Shown: positions 13,692 through 27,236, counted from the stretch's first letter. The stretch: 64,000 nt of DNA from Malacoraja senta (GCA_038087875.1 CM076000.1:1178001-1242000), one strand, 5' to 3'. Notes: generated from the sequence alone by a model not told the origin. Made by a program: numbers and translations.

Positions 13692-15309
13692 CAGTGGCTT
13701 GCAAAAGTTTTCATACCCCTTGAACTTTTCCACATTTTGTCACGTTACAACCACAAACGTAAATGTATTTTATTGGGATTTTATGTGATAGACCAACACA
13801 AAGTGGTGCATAATTGTGAAGTGGAAGGAAAATGATACATGGTTTTCAAATTTTTTTACAAATAAAAAACTGAAAAGTGTCACGTGCAAAAGTATTCAGC
13901 CCCCCTGAGTCAATACTTTGTAGAACCACCTTTCGCTGCAATTACAGCTGCAATCCTTTTGGGGTACGTCTCTACCAGCTTTGCACATCTAGAGACTGAA
14001 ATTTTTGCCCATTCTTCTTTGCAAAATAGCTCAAGCTCAGTCAGATTGGATGGAGAGCGTCTGTGAACAGCAATTTTCAAGTCTTGCCAGAGATTCTCAA
14101 TTGGATTTAGGTCTGGACTTTGACTGGGCCATTCTAACACATGAATATGCTTTGATCTAAACCATTCCATTGTAGCTCTGGCTGTATGTTTAGGGTCGTT
14201 GTCCTGCTGGAAGGTGAACCTCCGCCCCAGTCTCAAGTCTTTTGCAGACTCTTAACAGGTTTTCTTCCAAGATTGCCCTGTATTTGGCTCCATCCATCTT
14301 CCCATCAACTCTGACCAGCTTCCCTGCCCCTGCTGAAAAAAAGCATCCCCACAGCATGATGCTGCCACCACCATGTTTCACAGTGGGGATGGTGTGTTCA
14401 GGGTGATGTGCAGTGTTAGGTTTCCGCCACACATAGCGTTTTGCATTTAGGCCAAAAACTTCAATTTTGGTCTCATCTGACCAGAGCACCTTCCTCCACA
14501 TGTTTGCTGTGTCCCCCACATGGCTTATGGCAAACTGCAAACGGGACTTCTTATGGCTTTTTTTCAACAATGGCTTTCTTCTTGCCACTCTTCCATAAAG
14601 GCCCGATTTGTGGAGTGCACGACTAATAGTTGTCCTGTGGACAGATTCTCCCACCTGAGCTGTGGATCTTTGCAGCTCCTCCAGAGGTACCATGGGCCTC
14701 TTGGCTGCTTCTCTGATCAATGCTCTCCTTGCCCGGCTTGTCAGTTTAGGTGGACGGCCATGTCTTGGTAGGTTTGCAGTTGTGCCATACTCTTTCCATT
14801 TTCAGATGATGGATTAAACAGTGCTCCGTGAGATGTTCAAAGCTTGGGATATTTTTTTATAACCTAACCCTGCTTTAAACTTCTCCACAACTTTATCCCT
14901 GACCTGTCTGGTGTGTTCCTTGGGCTTCGTGATGCTGTTTGCTCACTAATGTCCTCTAACAAACCTCTAAGGCCTTCACAGAACAGCTGTATTTATACTG
15001 AGATTAGATTACACACAAGTGGACTCTATTTACTAATTAGGTGACTTCTGAAGGCAATTGGTTGCACTGGATTTTATTTAGGGGTACCAGAGTAAAGGGG
15101 GCTGAATACTTTTGCACGCGACACTTTTCAGTTTTTTATTTGTAAAAAAATTTGAAAACCATGTATCATTTTCCTTCCACTTCACAATTATGCGCCACTT
15201 TGTGTTGGTCTATCACATAAAATCCCAATAAAATACATTTAAGTTTGTGGTTGTAACGTGACAAAATGTGGAAATGTTCAAGGGGTATGAATACTTTTGC
15301 AAGCCACTG
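13692..15309 (-). mobile_element. Full-length Tc1/mariner DD34E element, Passport-like, IR/DR type (1618 bp)
   Basis: TA target duplication at 13690-91 and 15310-11; TIRs of about 215 bp with outer and inner gcaaaagtattca-type direct repeats. Confidence 0.97.
13910..14930 (-). pseudogene. Inactivated Tc1 transposase (Passport-like)
   Basis: Start codon ACG; KPKEHTRQVRDKVVEKFKAGLGYKKISQAL..; two in-frame stops in the HTH region; one frameshift near 14250; WSDETK, FQQDND-x34-E (DLNPIE), ends GGSTKY. Confidence 0.93.
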
Positions 15310-15577
15310 TAAATACCTATTTAATCTGAGGTTGATGGATAGATACCTTCTCCAGCCGAGCACACCTGCATCTTTTGGAATTATCACGGGACTTTTCCTG
15401 AAGGTGAACAGTCAAGATTGTTGTTCACCTTCAGGCCAGTATTAGCCACAATGCAACTTAATGCTCAATCCCTTGCATAAACCTTCAATTTTGAGGCAGG
15501 TAAAAAATATTACTTCCGAGTCAAGCTGGATTCTTCCAGAGCAGTTCATTATTAGTCAAAACATGCCAAATGCTCAC

Positions 15578-15728
15578 CTGAAAAGAGGAGCCAGAGTTCT
15601 CCTCGAAGACACTCAGGAATTCCCATTGCAACCAGTTTCCTGATCTTCTCAGTACGGAACATACTGACGGTGCGGCCATATTCCACAAAATGGTCATCCC
15701 ACAATTGTTTTTTCACTTCTTCCATCCC
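15578..15728 (-). CDS. TBC1D8: TBC1D8 coding exon 9 (151 nt), start of TBC domain
   Basis: [50 protein letters not shown]; ttttag|..|gtgagc. Confidence 0.95.
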
Positions 15729-16211
15729 CTAAAAATACAAATCTACCATTAATTAGAAATATTAGAAAAGTCATTGGGCAGGAATGCAAACCTGTGCAAC
15801 CAATAACGATTTCTGTTGCCTTGTTGAGAAAGCATCTGCTCACAAATTATCAGAACATGTCAGAATATTGCAGTTGCAATCTCTAGGAATATAGGCAGAT
15901 TATAATCAAATAATTCCCCTACCATCCACTGACATCAACCACTGTTTAAATGAAAACGTGGCAAAGCAACATTTTCATAATTTTGCACGTAAAAGCCCTA
16001 CAAGCAAAATATTAATAAATTACATGCACAAACCATGGATATGCTAGTTTAAAATAAATACATGATAATACGCTCTCACTGAGGTCACACCATCCCAGAA
16101 GCCAAGTTCATATTTGAAAAATCTTAAGAAACATCCAGAGTCAGGTAGAAAATTAGTCAGGTAGATGCACACAAAAACCAAATGATGAACTGAATCTCTT
16201 GATGTACATAC

Positions 16212-16373
16212 CAGAGTGGCATTTGCCCCCTCACTTTCAGTCAGATGGAAAAGTGCCATAAGGGCTTCTGAATTCAATGAATGTCTTGGTTCTTTTTTAA
16301 TATTTGTATTGTCTGCGATGGCTGTACTCCCTGTACAGTGCTCCTTGGGACATCCTAAAGAATCTGAGGAAAT
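16212..16373 (-). CDS. TBC1D8: TBC1D8 coding exon 8 (162 nt, divergent linker)
   Basis: Open phase-0/0 frame ISSDSLGCPKEHCTGSTAIADNTNIKKEPRHSLNSEALMALFHLTESEGANATL between ttttag| and |gtatgt. Position and the EALMALF motif fit the family linker exon; the acceptor is less certain. Confidence 0.8.
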
Positions 16374-16534
16374 CTAAAACAGATTGGAAACAATTAGCAT
16401 TGTGTTTTTATAAAAGTACACCGTTCATTTCACACAATCCATTTCAAATCTCACACCTACACTGGTCGTGGTTCACTTGCAGAGAAACATTAATGGCACA
16501 AATTTTGCAGCGCAAACAATGGCACGAACGTTGC

Positions 16535-16970
16535 AGCACAGGGAGAGGTTAGACGGTCTTGGATTGTATGCGTGGAATGCTGGAGATTGCGGGGAGACCT
16601 GATAGAGGTATATACAATTACGAGAGGCACAGATAGGGTTTTATCAGTCAAAATCTTTTTCCTAGGATGGAAAAATCGAATACGAAAGGGTACAGCTTTA
16701 AGGCGAGAGGAGCAATGTTGAAAGGAATGTGCAGGACAAATTTTATAGAATTATTATTATTTACACAGAGTGGTGAGTGCCTGGAATGTGCCGCAAAGTT
16801 GGTGATTGAGGCAGATACGATGGTGGCATTTAAGTCATTTTTCAATAGCATATGAATATTCAGGAAATGTAGGTTAGTTGCAGGGTAGACGTGATGGTCT
16901 TGGCATTATGTTCGGCACAGACATTGTGGGCCGAAGGACGTGTTCTTGTGTTGTTTTGTTCTATGTGCTA
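16535..16970 (+). mobile_element. Decayed CR1 3' fragment
   Basis: ggggagacctgatagaggtatata..tttacacagagtggtgagtgcctggaa motifs. Confidence 0.75.
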
Positions 16971-17929
16971 TGTTGAAAACATTTCTTTGCCATGTGTTTT
17001 TCTTGAGGATCACTTTCCAGAAAATATAGCTGGCACAGACTTAAACAATTTTGATTTTTTTTTTAAAGTATTCAAATTTGGCACTGCAGTGGATTATGTT
17101 CCAATTCTTGCAAGCAGAAATTAAAATTCTAGATTAATGTAAAACCAAAAGTCACAAGACTAGCAGATTTGATCCATTTCATTAGCACTTAGATTACAGG
17201 AATTAGATCAACCGATATTCCGAAACATATTGTTTCCAATACATATGTTACGGGATTGGGAGGGAATGCGTTACTAGAAAAAGATCAGCATTGTGATTTT
17301 CTGTAACATGAAGCGTTGTCAACTGTGCATGCAGCAGGAAATGCAAACTGAAAATGTAAATGGTGTTCATTTACATAGTTTCACATAAATTGCATTAAAG
17401 CAAATTTTACTCTGCATTTAATTTTGAGTAGCGGTTTGTGAATCCTGCAAGGGCAAATTTCCATTATCGAACAGCCATAACAGGGTTGTAGCCTATATAC
17501 AATTTAAATTGTGAAACGTACTACAATAACTAAATAAACTAAAATCAAATTAGTGAAATTTACAGTGAATTTTTTCTTGGCCCTGTGCCCAAGAAAAAGA
17601 AAACAAAATGTTTTTAAAAGTGCCATATCACAAGCATCTAGAAAGAATTACAAGTGCACTATACATCTGATTATCGGAAGGAGCAGTGGAGTTGAAGAGC
17701 AACAGTTCATGTCTGAGAGTTTGTCTAGTCCAATAAAATCAGCATACTGCTCTCGTGTAAGAGAAATATTGGGATGAGCTTGGTGCGATTATGCTCTTGG
17801 TGTACATGCTTCAAGTTTCTGGGCTGTGCAGCAAACAGCACACCAGTCTAGTCTCTGCACTGCCGGCAGTATACTTAGCTTGTCCCAGAATGACACAGAG
17901 ACTGACATCCCAATTCCAGAAGACCACTG

Positions 17930-18147
17930 AAGGACATGAAGTGCTGGAGTAACTCAGAGGGTCAGGCAGCATCTCTGGAGAACACAGATATGTGACGTTT
18001 CGGGTCAGAACTGTTATTCAGCCTGATAAAGGCTCCTGACCTAAAACGTCACATATCCATGTTCTCCAGAGATGCTGCCTCAACCGCTGAGTTATTCCAG
18101 CACTTTGTGTATTCTTGTTTAAACCAGCATCTGCAGTTTCTTGTTTC
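17930..18147. mobile_element. Penelope-derived inverted element with 15-bp TSD
   Basis: Inverted arms each with a degenerate CTGA..(g/a)aaacgtcac core; flanked by tccagaagaccactg at 17915-17929 and 18148-18162. Confidence 0.85.
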
Positions 18148-20555
18148 TCCAGAAGACCACTGTTGACCTGTTACTGGAGAACTGCATGATGGATTATTCA
18201 ATTCATTATCAAATAAAATCTTCATCCACAGTGGCTGGAACGTGAAACAGTTCGTAAACAGTAAAAATGCAAACTGAGCAGCTGGATAGGTACAGCAGGA
18301 AATGGTGCCAGGGAAGATGTAATGGGGTAGAGATTGTGCAAAGTATCATCACCAGCATTATACTAGTGAACTCCATGGATAAAACAGGAAGCAACATGCA
18401 GATTCTGGAAATATGATGTAAAAACAAAATGCTCAAAATATTCAGCAAGTCAATTTGCAACTGTGGCAAGAGGAACAGAACCAATGTTGCTGGTCAATGA
18501 TCTTTCTGAATTGAATTCCTTATTTTTTGAATGTGCAGTATTGCCAGGGGATGCCAAGTTGGAATTAATTGCCCAAAGTTTTAATAAAAGTTGTCAGCTA
18601 TGCTGATCTAACCTGCTGAATTGCTTGGGAGTTAAGAACTAGATTATTTAGCCACGCAGACATCTCCAACAGCCTACAAAAGGGAAAGGTGCTACTAGAA
18701 AGGTGATTCGTTTCATGCCTTAAATTAAAACCTGACCATAAAACTATTTTTGCTTCCAAAATTGCTTCTGAAAAAAGAACAGCAATTGTTCCTGCAGGAA
18801 CTGAGTCGCTACTCGTGGTGTGTATGTGGAACACTTCCGTGATTCCCGAGTGCTTCTAGGAAATGAACTGGCAATGAGGGGCTTGGAACAACTGCTGCAA
18901 ATTGTTCATCACTGATCATTCAGGAATAGAGTACAAATGTAAATGGAAAAACTAATTCTGTGAATGACAGAACAAATGACATAACATGTTTACATGCCAT
19001 TTCTGCTGAATCAAGGATCCTACACTATTTGCAATCTCATTTCAAAAGGCAAGTGGAAATTCATGTTTCCTTTCAAGCTCTTCTGAAATATACTACAATT
19101 CGAGGTTCCATGAACCTTGCATCATTGCATCACCCACCCACTGGCAACAGTTTAAGTATTTTGATGGCAAGTCAAATATTATGTAGCTAGTTTGATTTCC
19201 ATCTAGATACAGACACAGGAGATATTTTGGCAAGATAACATACATCTCAACACGGCAAAAATGATTTGCTAACTGCTAAGTTCATCTTTAAATGGACCAT
19301 TGTTAAATAGTCACTCAACTAACCTGCTGAATTACTCCAGCATTGTGTTTCTATTTGTAAAGCATCTGCAGTTATGAGTGTTTCTATCCAAATCAGTTGT
19401 TGGCTCTAATCACACTCCTTTTAGCTCAATGGGTTAAACAGTTAATTTGGATCTATTCCAATCCATTTGATGGGGTAAAGAAAAGCTTGCAAACAATTTT
19501 TACATTTCAGACAATTCATGCATCTCTGATTGATCAAGCCTCAATGCTTTCTCCACAGACATATATGATTTTGCCTTTGGCCTATCCCAAATGAAGTTGC
19601 TATATCTCCAGTTGTTGCAAGCTATTCCAGAGACTCTTTTTATGCCCAGACAATAGAACTTTATTCATCGCTGGAGGGAAATTGTCATAAAACATTTGAC
19701 CGTGGGCATTTACCAAACCCTGATTTGCTTAAATTAAAAATTAAAAACAAGGAACCAAGTAAATGCACCAGGAAGGTTTGCTGTTACAAACTTTGAGGAA
19801 AATCTATTTTAAATGCAGAAACCAGTTTTGAGATGAAGTTGATGAGAACAGAACACAAGATCATTTTTCCCACTGATGGCGCATGTAATTTTGTAATGGA
19901 TATCTGTTTCTAACTTGACAAATGCACCGAACATCATAAATCCACCCAGAACGTTACGTAAATGTTTTAATTCAAAATATCGTAGACAATTTCACTGCAC
20001 TTTGTTCAATGCATCTTGGATTATTATTATAAACTAAACACACATTTAGACCATGTGTATAATTTACAAAATAAACGTAGGAATAGTTGCAATAGTCTGC
20101 CACATGCAAGAACCTCAATCACATCAGCCCTTACACAAACTGACATTTGGAGCAGTGAATGATAATCAAATCTAGATAGCAGGGTAATTGATTAACTGGA
20201 GTCAACCTGTCCTGACAGCAGCATCCATACAATCTAATGCTACGGTGCACCTGGACCATTTGTTATTTCGTGCACGAGCTGCTCTGTTCTAATGAATGTA
20301 TTCTTTCCCTGGGAACAATTTGTTCACTGTGTTGAGGCTCCTTCACATATAGTGGACACAGCACAATATGTGAACATTTCTTATGCAGTGGGAACATCTC
20401 AAATTCCACTTCAGGCAGAGAGAAAGCATTTCCTCCCACTTTATTCATGTTATCCAAAGCTTGGGCATGGATAAAGGATTCCCTATGGAGAAAAGGAAAT
20501 ATATATTTCAACTATAGTATTTCCTATGAACTGAAATTTCACGTCTCACAGAAAA

Positions 20556-20870
20556 GCGACAGAGTGTCATCGCTGGTAGAGCGGCTGCCTCACAGCGCCA
20601 GAGACCCAGGTTCGATCCTGACCTCGTGTGCTGCCTATGTAGAGTTTGCACGTTCTCCCTGTGACTGCGTGGGTTTCCTCCAGGTGCTTCAGTTTCTACC
20701 TACATCCCAAAGATGTGCAGGTTAATTGGCCTCTACAAATTGCCCCGAGTGTGTAGAGAATAGATGAGCAAGTGGGATAACATAGAACTGGTGTGAACAG
20801 GTGATTGATGGTCTGAAAGGACTCAGTGGGCTGAACGGTCTGTTTCCATGCTGTATCTCTAAACTAAAAA
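20556..20870 (+). mobile_element. tRNA-derived V-SINE (HE1-like)
   Basis: A box-like gctggtagag, B box ggttcgatcc, V-domain gagtttgcacgttctccctgtgactgcgtgggtttcctcc, CR1-type tail ccatgctgtatctctaaactaaa. Confidence 0.85.
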
Positions 20871-21959
20871 AAAAATCCTGCTTTGACTACACATATATCA
20901 AATTGTAAAATGTACATGTGCTTGTAACAAAATTGCTTACTTTTAGAGGATTTATAAATATTATAATATAGGTGCATTAAAATAATCCCCACTTACCAGT
21001 ACAGTGCAGTCAGCAGAGATACCGGCTGTCTCTCACACAGTGTTTTTCAGCCATAGTCATACATGTCTACACAATCTATGAAAGGTTTTCCAGTTTTCTG
21101 TATGTTTACATGATACCAGATTTTCACTGCTTTTTGTTGTAAGCATCAATTTTGTTGCCATAAAATACACCATTTTCTCATTAAGTACATGACTTCAGTA
21201 AAATGATTCATCAACACATGAAACCTCCAGCTGCTGCACGGATTCAATGGACAGCTTTTGTATTCTTGGTTTCCAAGTTGAACTCAAGTAAACCAACAAA
21301 TTTAATTGGTCGTTTCAAGCATTGCATTTCAATTTTAAGTAATTCCCATTAATCATTTTACTGATTGTAAGCGCAAGCTAAAATTGCACTGCATTGAATT
21401 ATTCTGTCCGATTTTCACACGTGACAAATGAGAGAGTTTTTAAGTTAAAGTACTGGTAGCAAATGGCTCTTTTTCACTACGTGATATTTCAAGGGTATAC
21501 ATTGTGCAAAGCTAAATCCAACAAATGGCCAAAAGTTTCACTGAAGTCAAATGGGGTCACTCTTTATTTGGAGCCTGATAAAATTGTTTCCTTCTTTACT
21601 CTCCCCTATACCTTCATTCAAAGTAATCAAGAGTTGTGAGAGCGCTAGAGAACACAAGCCATTCGTATAACAAGAGCCAAAGGTTTCAACAAAACCCCAT
21701 CTTGTGCACACATACACTGCCAGACATCCAGTTAGTTCCAAATGCTTTGAGCATCTCATTAGACCTGGGAGTCAAGAGTGTTTTATTGTCATATGTCTCA
21801 AAATAGAACAATAAAATACTTACTTGCAGCAGCGCAACAAAAGTACTTATAATAAACCATATAAACAATAAAAAAGTTCAGTACAAAGAAAAACGGACAA
21901 ATAAACAAACAATAATAGTGCAAAGTCAAAAATAATGCCCCCAAGACTGTGTAGTTCCA

Positions 21960-22190
21960 AGCCTATTTGGAGGTTGTATGGTTTAATAACCTGATGGTTG
22001 TCGGGAAGCAGCTGTTCCAGAACCTGGATGTTACATTTTTCAGGCTCCTATAGCTTCTTCCCGATGGCAGGGATGAAATGAGTGTGGCCAAGATGGTGTG
22101 GGTCTCTGATGATGCTGGCTGCCTTTTTGAGTAACTCACGTGATCCTTTGATGTTGGAGAGGTTGGTACCCGTGATGGACTGGGCAGTGG
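21960..22190 (-). mobile_element. Rex1/Babar-like 3' fragment
   Basis: TAQSITGTNLSNI..KKAASIIRDPHHLGH. Confidence 0.7.
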
Positions 22191-22446
22191 ACAGTGCTCC
22201 TTGGCCTCTTTGGTAATTGGTGTTAGCTAAAATCACATCTCTGATCTTCATTGCTACCACACTCCATAGTCATATTGCACTTATACAATACATCACAGCC
22301 AGTCTTGTCTTGGGCATTTTGTTTGTTTAAAATGATATATGCTATTACATTTTAACTTGGGGAATTTTGGTGGAAGAAAAGTTGCTGGATTAGCTGCTAT
22401 ACAAAACCATAAATGCAAAGCAATAAATATAAAAGGTCAACTGTAC

Positions 22447-22641
22447 CATTTCTTCAACTCCAGATGTTTCAAGACCACTGGGCTTTTCCCCTCTTAAAAG
22501 TTGAAGTCGTTTGCTTAGCTGTTCCGCTAAGTGATCTCTATTTTCAATCTCTGTAAACTGAAACACCCTCTTACTTTTAACACCTACAATTATTGGATTG
22601 GGGAGGAGACTAGTGTCCTCTATTTTCTCCACTGTAACCAC
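22447..22641 (-). CDS. TBC1D8: TBC1D8 coding exon 7 (195 nt)
   Basis: VVTVEKIEDTSLLPNPIIVGVKSKRVFQFTEIENRDHLAEQLSKRLQLLRGEKPSGLETSGVEEM; gacag|..|gtacag. Confidence 0.93.
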
Positions 22642-23433
22642 CTGTCAATGAAAAACAAACATGTGCCAGAACTGTTGTTAACCACAGAAACTACAAGAAT
22701 AAACCAAGATTAAACTGTTCTTATCATGATGATCAGTGCAGATCTACAGTCAAGAAACTCAACCAATGTTTGTTTCCACCTCAAACATTTTTTGCATCCT
22801 CTTTATCAGCAAGTCGGAATGCCAACAAAAATACCTCAAGTTCAGAAGAGTGTCAAGATAATTTTTCTTTTAAAATGTAACAAAATACATCAATGCACAG
22901 TCCTTGAGTGGAGCACCACACCTGTATAGTTATGTAAAGAACAAATTTGTTAAACAAATTTGCCTCTGATATTATAAGATTTCAGCTTCAGAGTGCACAG
23001 AACTATGGAAAAATTAACTGGGCTATAAAGGAATGCAATGATTTTGTAAACAGGTCAAATTTCTGGAAGGGTCACCTCAACCTTCAACTTAGATTATTTA
23101 TTTGTTCCTTCTCTTCCTCTTTCAGCATTCTAACTTGCTAGTTAAGAAGTGACGCAAAAGATGTTTGAGGTGGAAAGATATTGGTTGATTTTCTAGAATT
23201 TCTTTCTTAACTGTAGATTCAGCTTGCAGAACAAAAAGTTAGGATTTATTTTCCAAACAATTTTTGTGCAATGAGCAAGCATATTGATGCGTGTTCAGGA
23301 ATTAAATAGTGCAGATTAAATAATACATCTTTGACAGATCTACCAAAAGAATCACATGGTTATACAATTTTAAAGCAAAGGTGACCAAGACATTGAGGTC
23401 TTCAGTGGACAATGTGTACAATGTGTACAATAC

Positions 23434-23641
23434 CTCTTGGAGTGGAACGATTACATTGCAGCTACCTTCCTCCTTGCTGGCAAAGCAGATGTAATTTTCA
23501 GATGTATACAACTTCCCAGCAGTATGGCACTGGCTATAAGGTGTCCACAGGAAGCAGTCTACTATCTTGTCCAAATTTTCCACCCGCGGAAGTCTGAAAC
23601 AAGCCCGGAAATACTCTGTCTGGATCCTAGCTTCAAGATCC
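23434..23641 (-). CDS. TBC1D8: TBC1D8 coding exon 6 (208 nt), GRAM domain 2
   Basis: DLEARIQTEYFRACFRLPRVENLDKIVDCFLWTPYSQCHTAGKLYTSENYICFASKEEGSCNVIVPLQE; ctag|..|gtattg. Confidence 0.95.
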
Positions 23642-23869
23642 CTAGAGAAAAATAAACACAAGTTACAAATCAGTTCAAATGTACAAAACCAGGAAGTGTT
23701 GGAAACATGCAGCTTGTCAGACATTAAAATAGTTAATGTTTCAGGTTGAAGCAGCTTCACCTAAATTGGGAAAGAGAGAAAACAAGTTAGTTTTAAGTTG
23801 CAGAGAGATGGGGAGGATTTTTTTAATTTATTTTCATTTACAATTTGAATGTACAGTTTAGAATGCAAT

Positions 23870-24810
23870 AAATTTAGACTGTGACATTACATTCATAGAA
23901 ATCACATATCAATTTTGTGGCAAGACTTTAAAATTGGATAATTTATCACTCCTTCTCCCCATTGTAAATAATCCTTCATTTAAACCTTCTGTGTTGGATA
24001 AAGGTTTTGCACAATGGAAAAATTATGGAATTAAAAAGGTGGGACACCTTTACAGAAAAGGTATATTTCTTTCATTTCAGGAGTTACAACAGAATTATGG
24101 ACTACATTCAATTTTTTTTTTAGATATTTACAACTTAAAGATTATGTTAAATCACATACACAAGATTATAGAACTAGGGAGCCAGAGATCCTTGATGAAT
24201 GTTTGAATAAACATCCTAACACAGATAAATTAATATCTCACATTTATAATATTCTTTTAGAGGTCCCGTCAACGGAACTATATAGACAAGCATGGGGAAA
24301 TGAACTAGCTCAACCAAAAATGAAAGATATATGGGATGAAAGTTTACAACATATACATCAATGCTCGTTAAATGCCAGACACTCTTTAATATAATTTAAA
24401 GTACTACCATAGACTGCACTATTCTAAAACAAAATTAAATAGAATCTTCCCAAATATTTCTCCTATCTGTGACAAATGTCAACATTTAGAAGCTAATTTA
24501 ACTCATACTTTTGTAAACTGTATGAAAATTAAAAAATTCTGGACGGATATTTTTAAAATTATTTCTGAAGTTGTTAATATCCAATTGGATCCTGATCCAA
24601 AACTAATAATATTAGGAATATCAGAACAAAGCCTAAAACTTACAACAAACCAAAGAAATTTCCTTGATTATAGTATAATAATTGGGAAAAAATGAATATT
24701 AAAATTTTGGAAAACCCAACAACCCCCACAATTAAAATGTGGATTATGGAGATGTCTGAGACCTTACACTTGGAAAAAATTACTTGTCTTAATTGACAAA
24801 CCAGAATAGT
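23870..24810 (+). mobile_element. L1-clade LINE ORF2 C-terminal fragment, decayed
   Basis: NNPSFKPSVLDKGFAQW..FLSFQELQQNYGL..CSLNARHSLI..HRLHYSKTKLNRIFPNISPICDKCQHLEANLTHTFVNC (CCHC knuckle). Confidence 0.85.
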
Positions 24811-25759
24811 TTGCTAGACTGGACATTATATCAGTAAGCTAACAGTAGAGTTTACCAACGATGGGCAAAATATAGAGTGCTGAAGGAACGCGGCAGGTCG
24901 GTCTGGTAGCATTTGTGGAGTGAAATGGACAGACCATGTTTTGGGTCAGGACCCTTCTTCACTTCGTTTTTTGCTGAAGATTCCAGCATCAGTTGTCTCT
25001 TGTGTCTCCATGCCATTGTATCCCCGATCTATTAATAGTTGGTATATATAAACTTTTCCAGGAGAGGGCACAGTATTGCCATAAACAGCAGAAATTCTTG
25101 TTAAAAATCTTTTGCCTCCTGAGAAACACCAGAGGCACTGTCTTAACTCAGACCAATCAACATAAGGGTGGGGAGGGGATCAAAATGCAAGGTGGCTTAA
25201 AAACAAAATGACTATTCTAAACCTCATGAACTTGGTCTTTATTACATTTGTGTCTATTTAAAAAAGACACAAATGCTGACATCAGAAGACCTGACTGGGC
25301 TGGCTAAACATCTTTCAAAGTTCAGAGTGTGCTTACGCCTTTCACAATACGTACTGCATCAATGCTAGCAGCTGCCACATTAATGTCACCACTCCTCATT
25401 TCAACAGTGCCCATGCACTCAGAATCATTTATAATTGGAAACAGGGAATCAGCCTCAACTTGCCCACCAGATGACTGTTGTCTAGTATCCAATGATATGC
25501 TGACTCAGACCAGTCCACCATTGATTTACCCTCCAGGTGTCTCATCCTTCCCGTCTTCACTCTGCAGTCAGCTCACTGCACAAACAGAGGAGTCAGCCCA
25601 CGTTGAAGACATTGGTCAAGATGCATAATTCTTGCGCCTGCTATGTTTTTCTTCCAATAGAAGAATGACCTCCTCGAGTCCTCTATCAGCAGCTGCAGAA
25701 GTAAAATTTGCGCACAAAGCATCCCCACTGTAAATCGCAAGATGCTCAATAATTTCAAT

Positions 25760-26400
25760 ATAGGAGTAAAGAGGAGCAAGAGGATTTCAGTATAGGAATA
25801 AAGAGGTTCTTCTGCAGTTGTATAGGGCTCTGGTGAGACCACATCTGGAGTATTGTGTACAGTTTTGGTCTCCTAATTTGAGGAAGGATATCCCTGTGAT
25901 TGAGGCAGTGCTGCGTAAGTTCACAAGATTGATCCCTGGGATGGCGGGACTGTCATATGAGGAAAGATTGAAAAGACCAGGCTTGTATTCACTGGAGTTT
26001 AGAAGGATGAGGGGGATCTTATAGAAACATATAAAATTATAAAAGGACTGGACAGGCTAGATGCAGGAAAAATGTTCCCAATGTTGGGCGAGTCCAGAAC
26101 CAGGGGCCACAGTCTTAGAATAAAGGGGAAGCCATTTAAGACTGAGGTGAGAAAAAACGTTTTCACCCAGAGAGTTGTGAATTTGTGGAATTCCCTGCCA
26201 CAGAGGGCAGTGGAGGCCAAGTCACTGGATGGATTTAAGAGAGAGTTAGATAGCTCTAGGGGCTAGTGGAATCAAGGGATATGGGGAGAAGGCAGGCACG
26301 GGTTATTGATTGGGGACGATCAGCCATGATCACAATGAATGGCGGTGCCGGCTCAAAGGGCCGAATAGCCTCCTCCTGCACCTATTTTTCTATGTATCTA
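25760..26400 (+). mobile_element. CR1 LINE 3' fragment
   Basis: [18 protein letters not shown]..; short duplicated 5' junction; 3' tail. Confidence 0.92.
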
Positions 26401-27236
26401 ATAATTGTTGCATATGTTTTATTATCCTTTCCCACGAGTACAAACTCCGTATCTGCTGAGAGCAGCGACGGGTTTACAAATTTCATCTCAGCTCCACGAT
26501 GAGATCAAGCTTCTCCCCAATGCTGCAGCTGTCCTTTCACAGCCACAGGCTGGTCCTGAGAGGCAGAGAGCAGAGCTGCAGCTGGAGCCGTGCGATACAG
26601 CATGGAAACAGCCAGACCACATGGTCTTCATCTGTGTCTCCACAGCAGCTGCTAGTTGCACAACTGTGTGCTGTGCGACGGGATTGCCGTTAATACTCAG
26701 CAAAGAAGTGGACACATCGTCTGGGGTAGAGGTCATGGCTCGCTGGCCCCAGGCAAACCCCTGGCAGGGCTGGGGTGGAGGAACCCTCCAGATTTACCCA
26801 TCACCAATTACATTTGCTGAGGCAGGCAGACACCTAGTCAACCATCAAGTGCATCCACATCACCCTGAACCCTGAACCCCCCCCCAAAAAGTCCTAATTC
26901 TTGACTTCTCAGGTGGCATAAATGCACAGGCTCTTCCTGTAGCAAGTAGTGAATTCCGCCAGTCATGCCCAGATCCCAGAAAATGAATAGGTTACAATGC
27001 AAATCCACACAAGATTCATTTAGTGCTTCCTGGACCATCACACTGGCACAATACAAAGCAAAACGTTAAATATTTATTCAATGAACATGCAAATTAATGC
27101 AAACATGAATATGATCTTAAGTTTGCAAAATGTCTCAGCAGATGATTGTTCATCTATCCACTAAAATGATAGTCATTCAATAACTATATATAGATACAGG
27201 TTGTTCAGTTAGTTAAAATGAAGTAACATTTCTTAC

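Noticed and set aside
20556..20630. tRNA-like A/B boxes
   Set aside because: SINE head, not a tRNA gene; it continues into the V-domain and LINE-derived tail.
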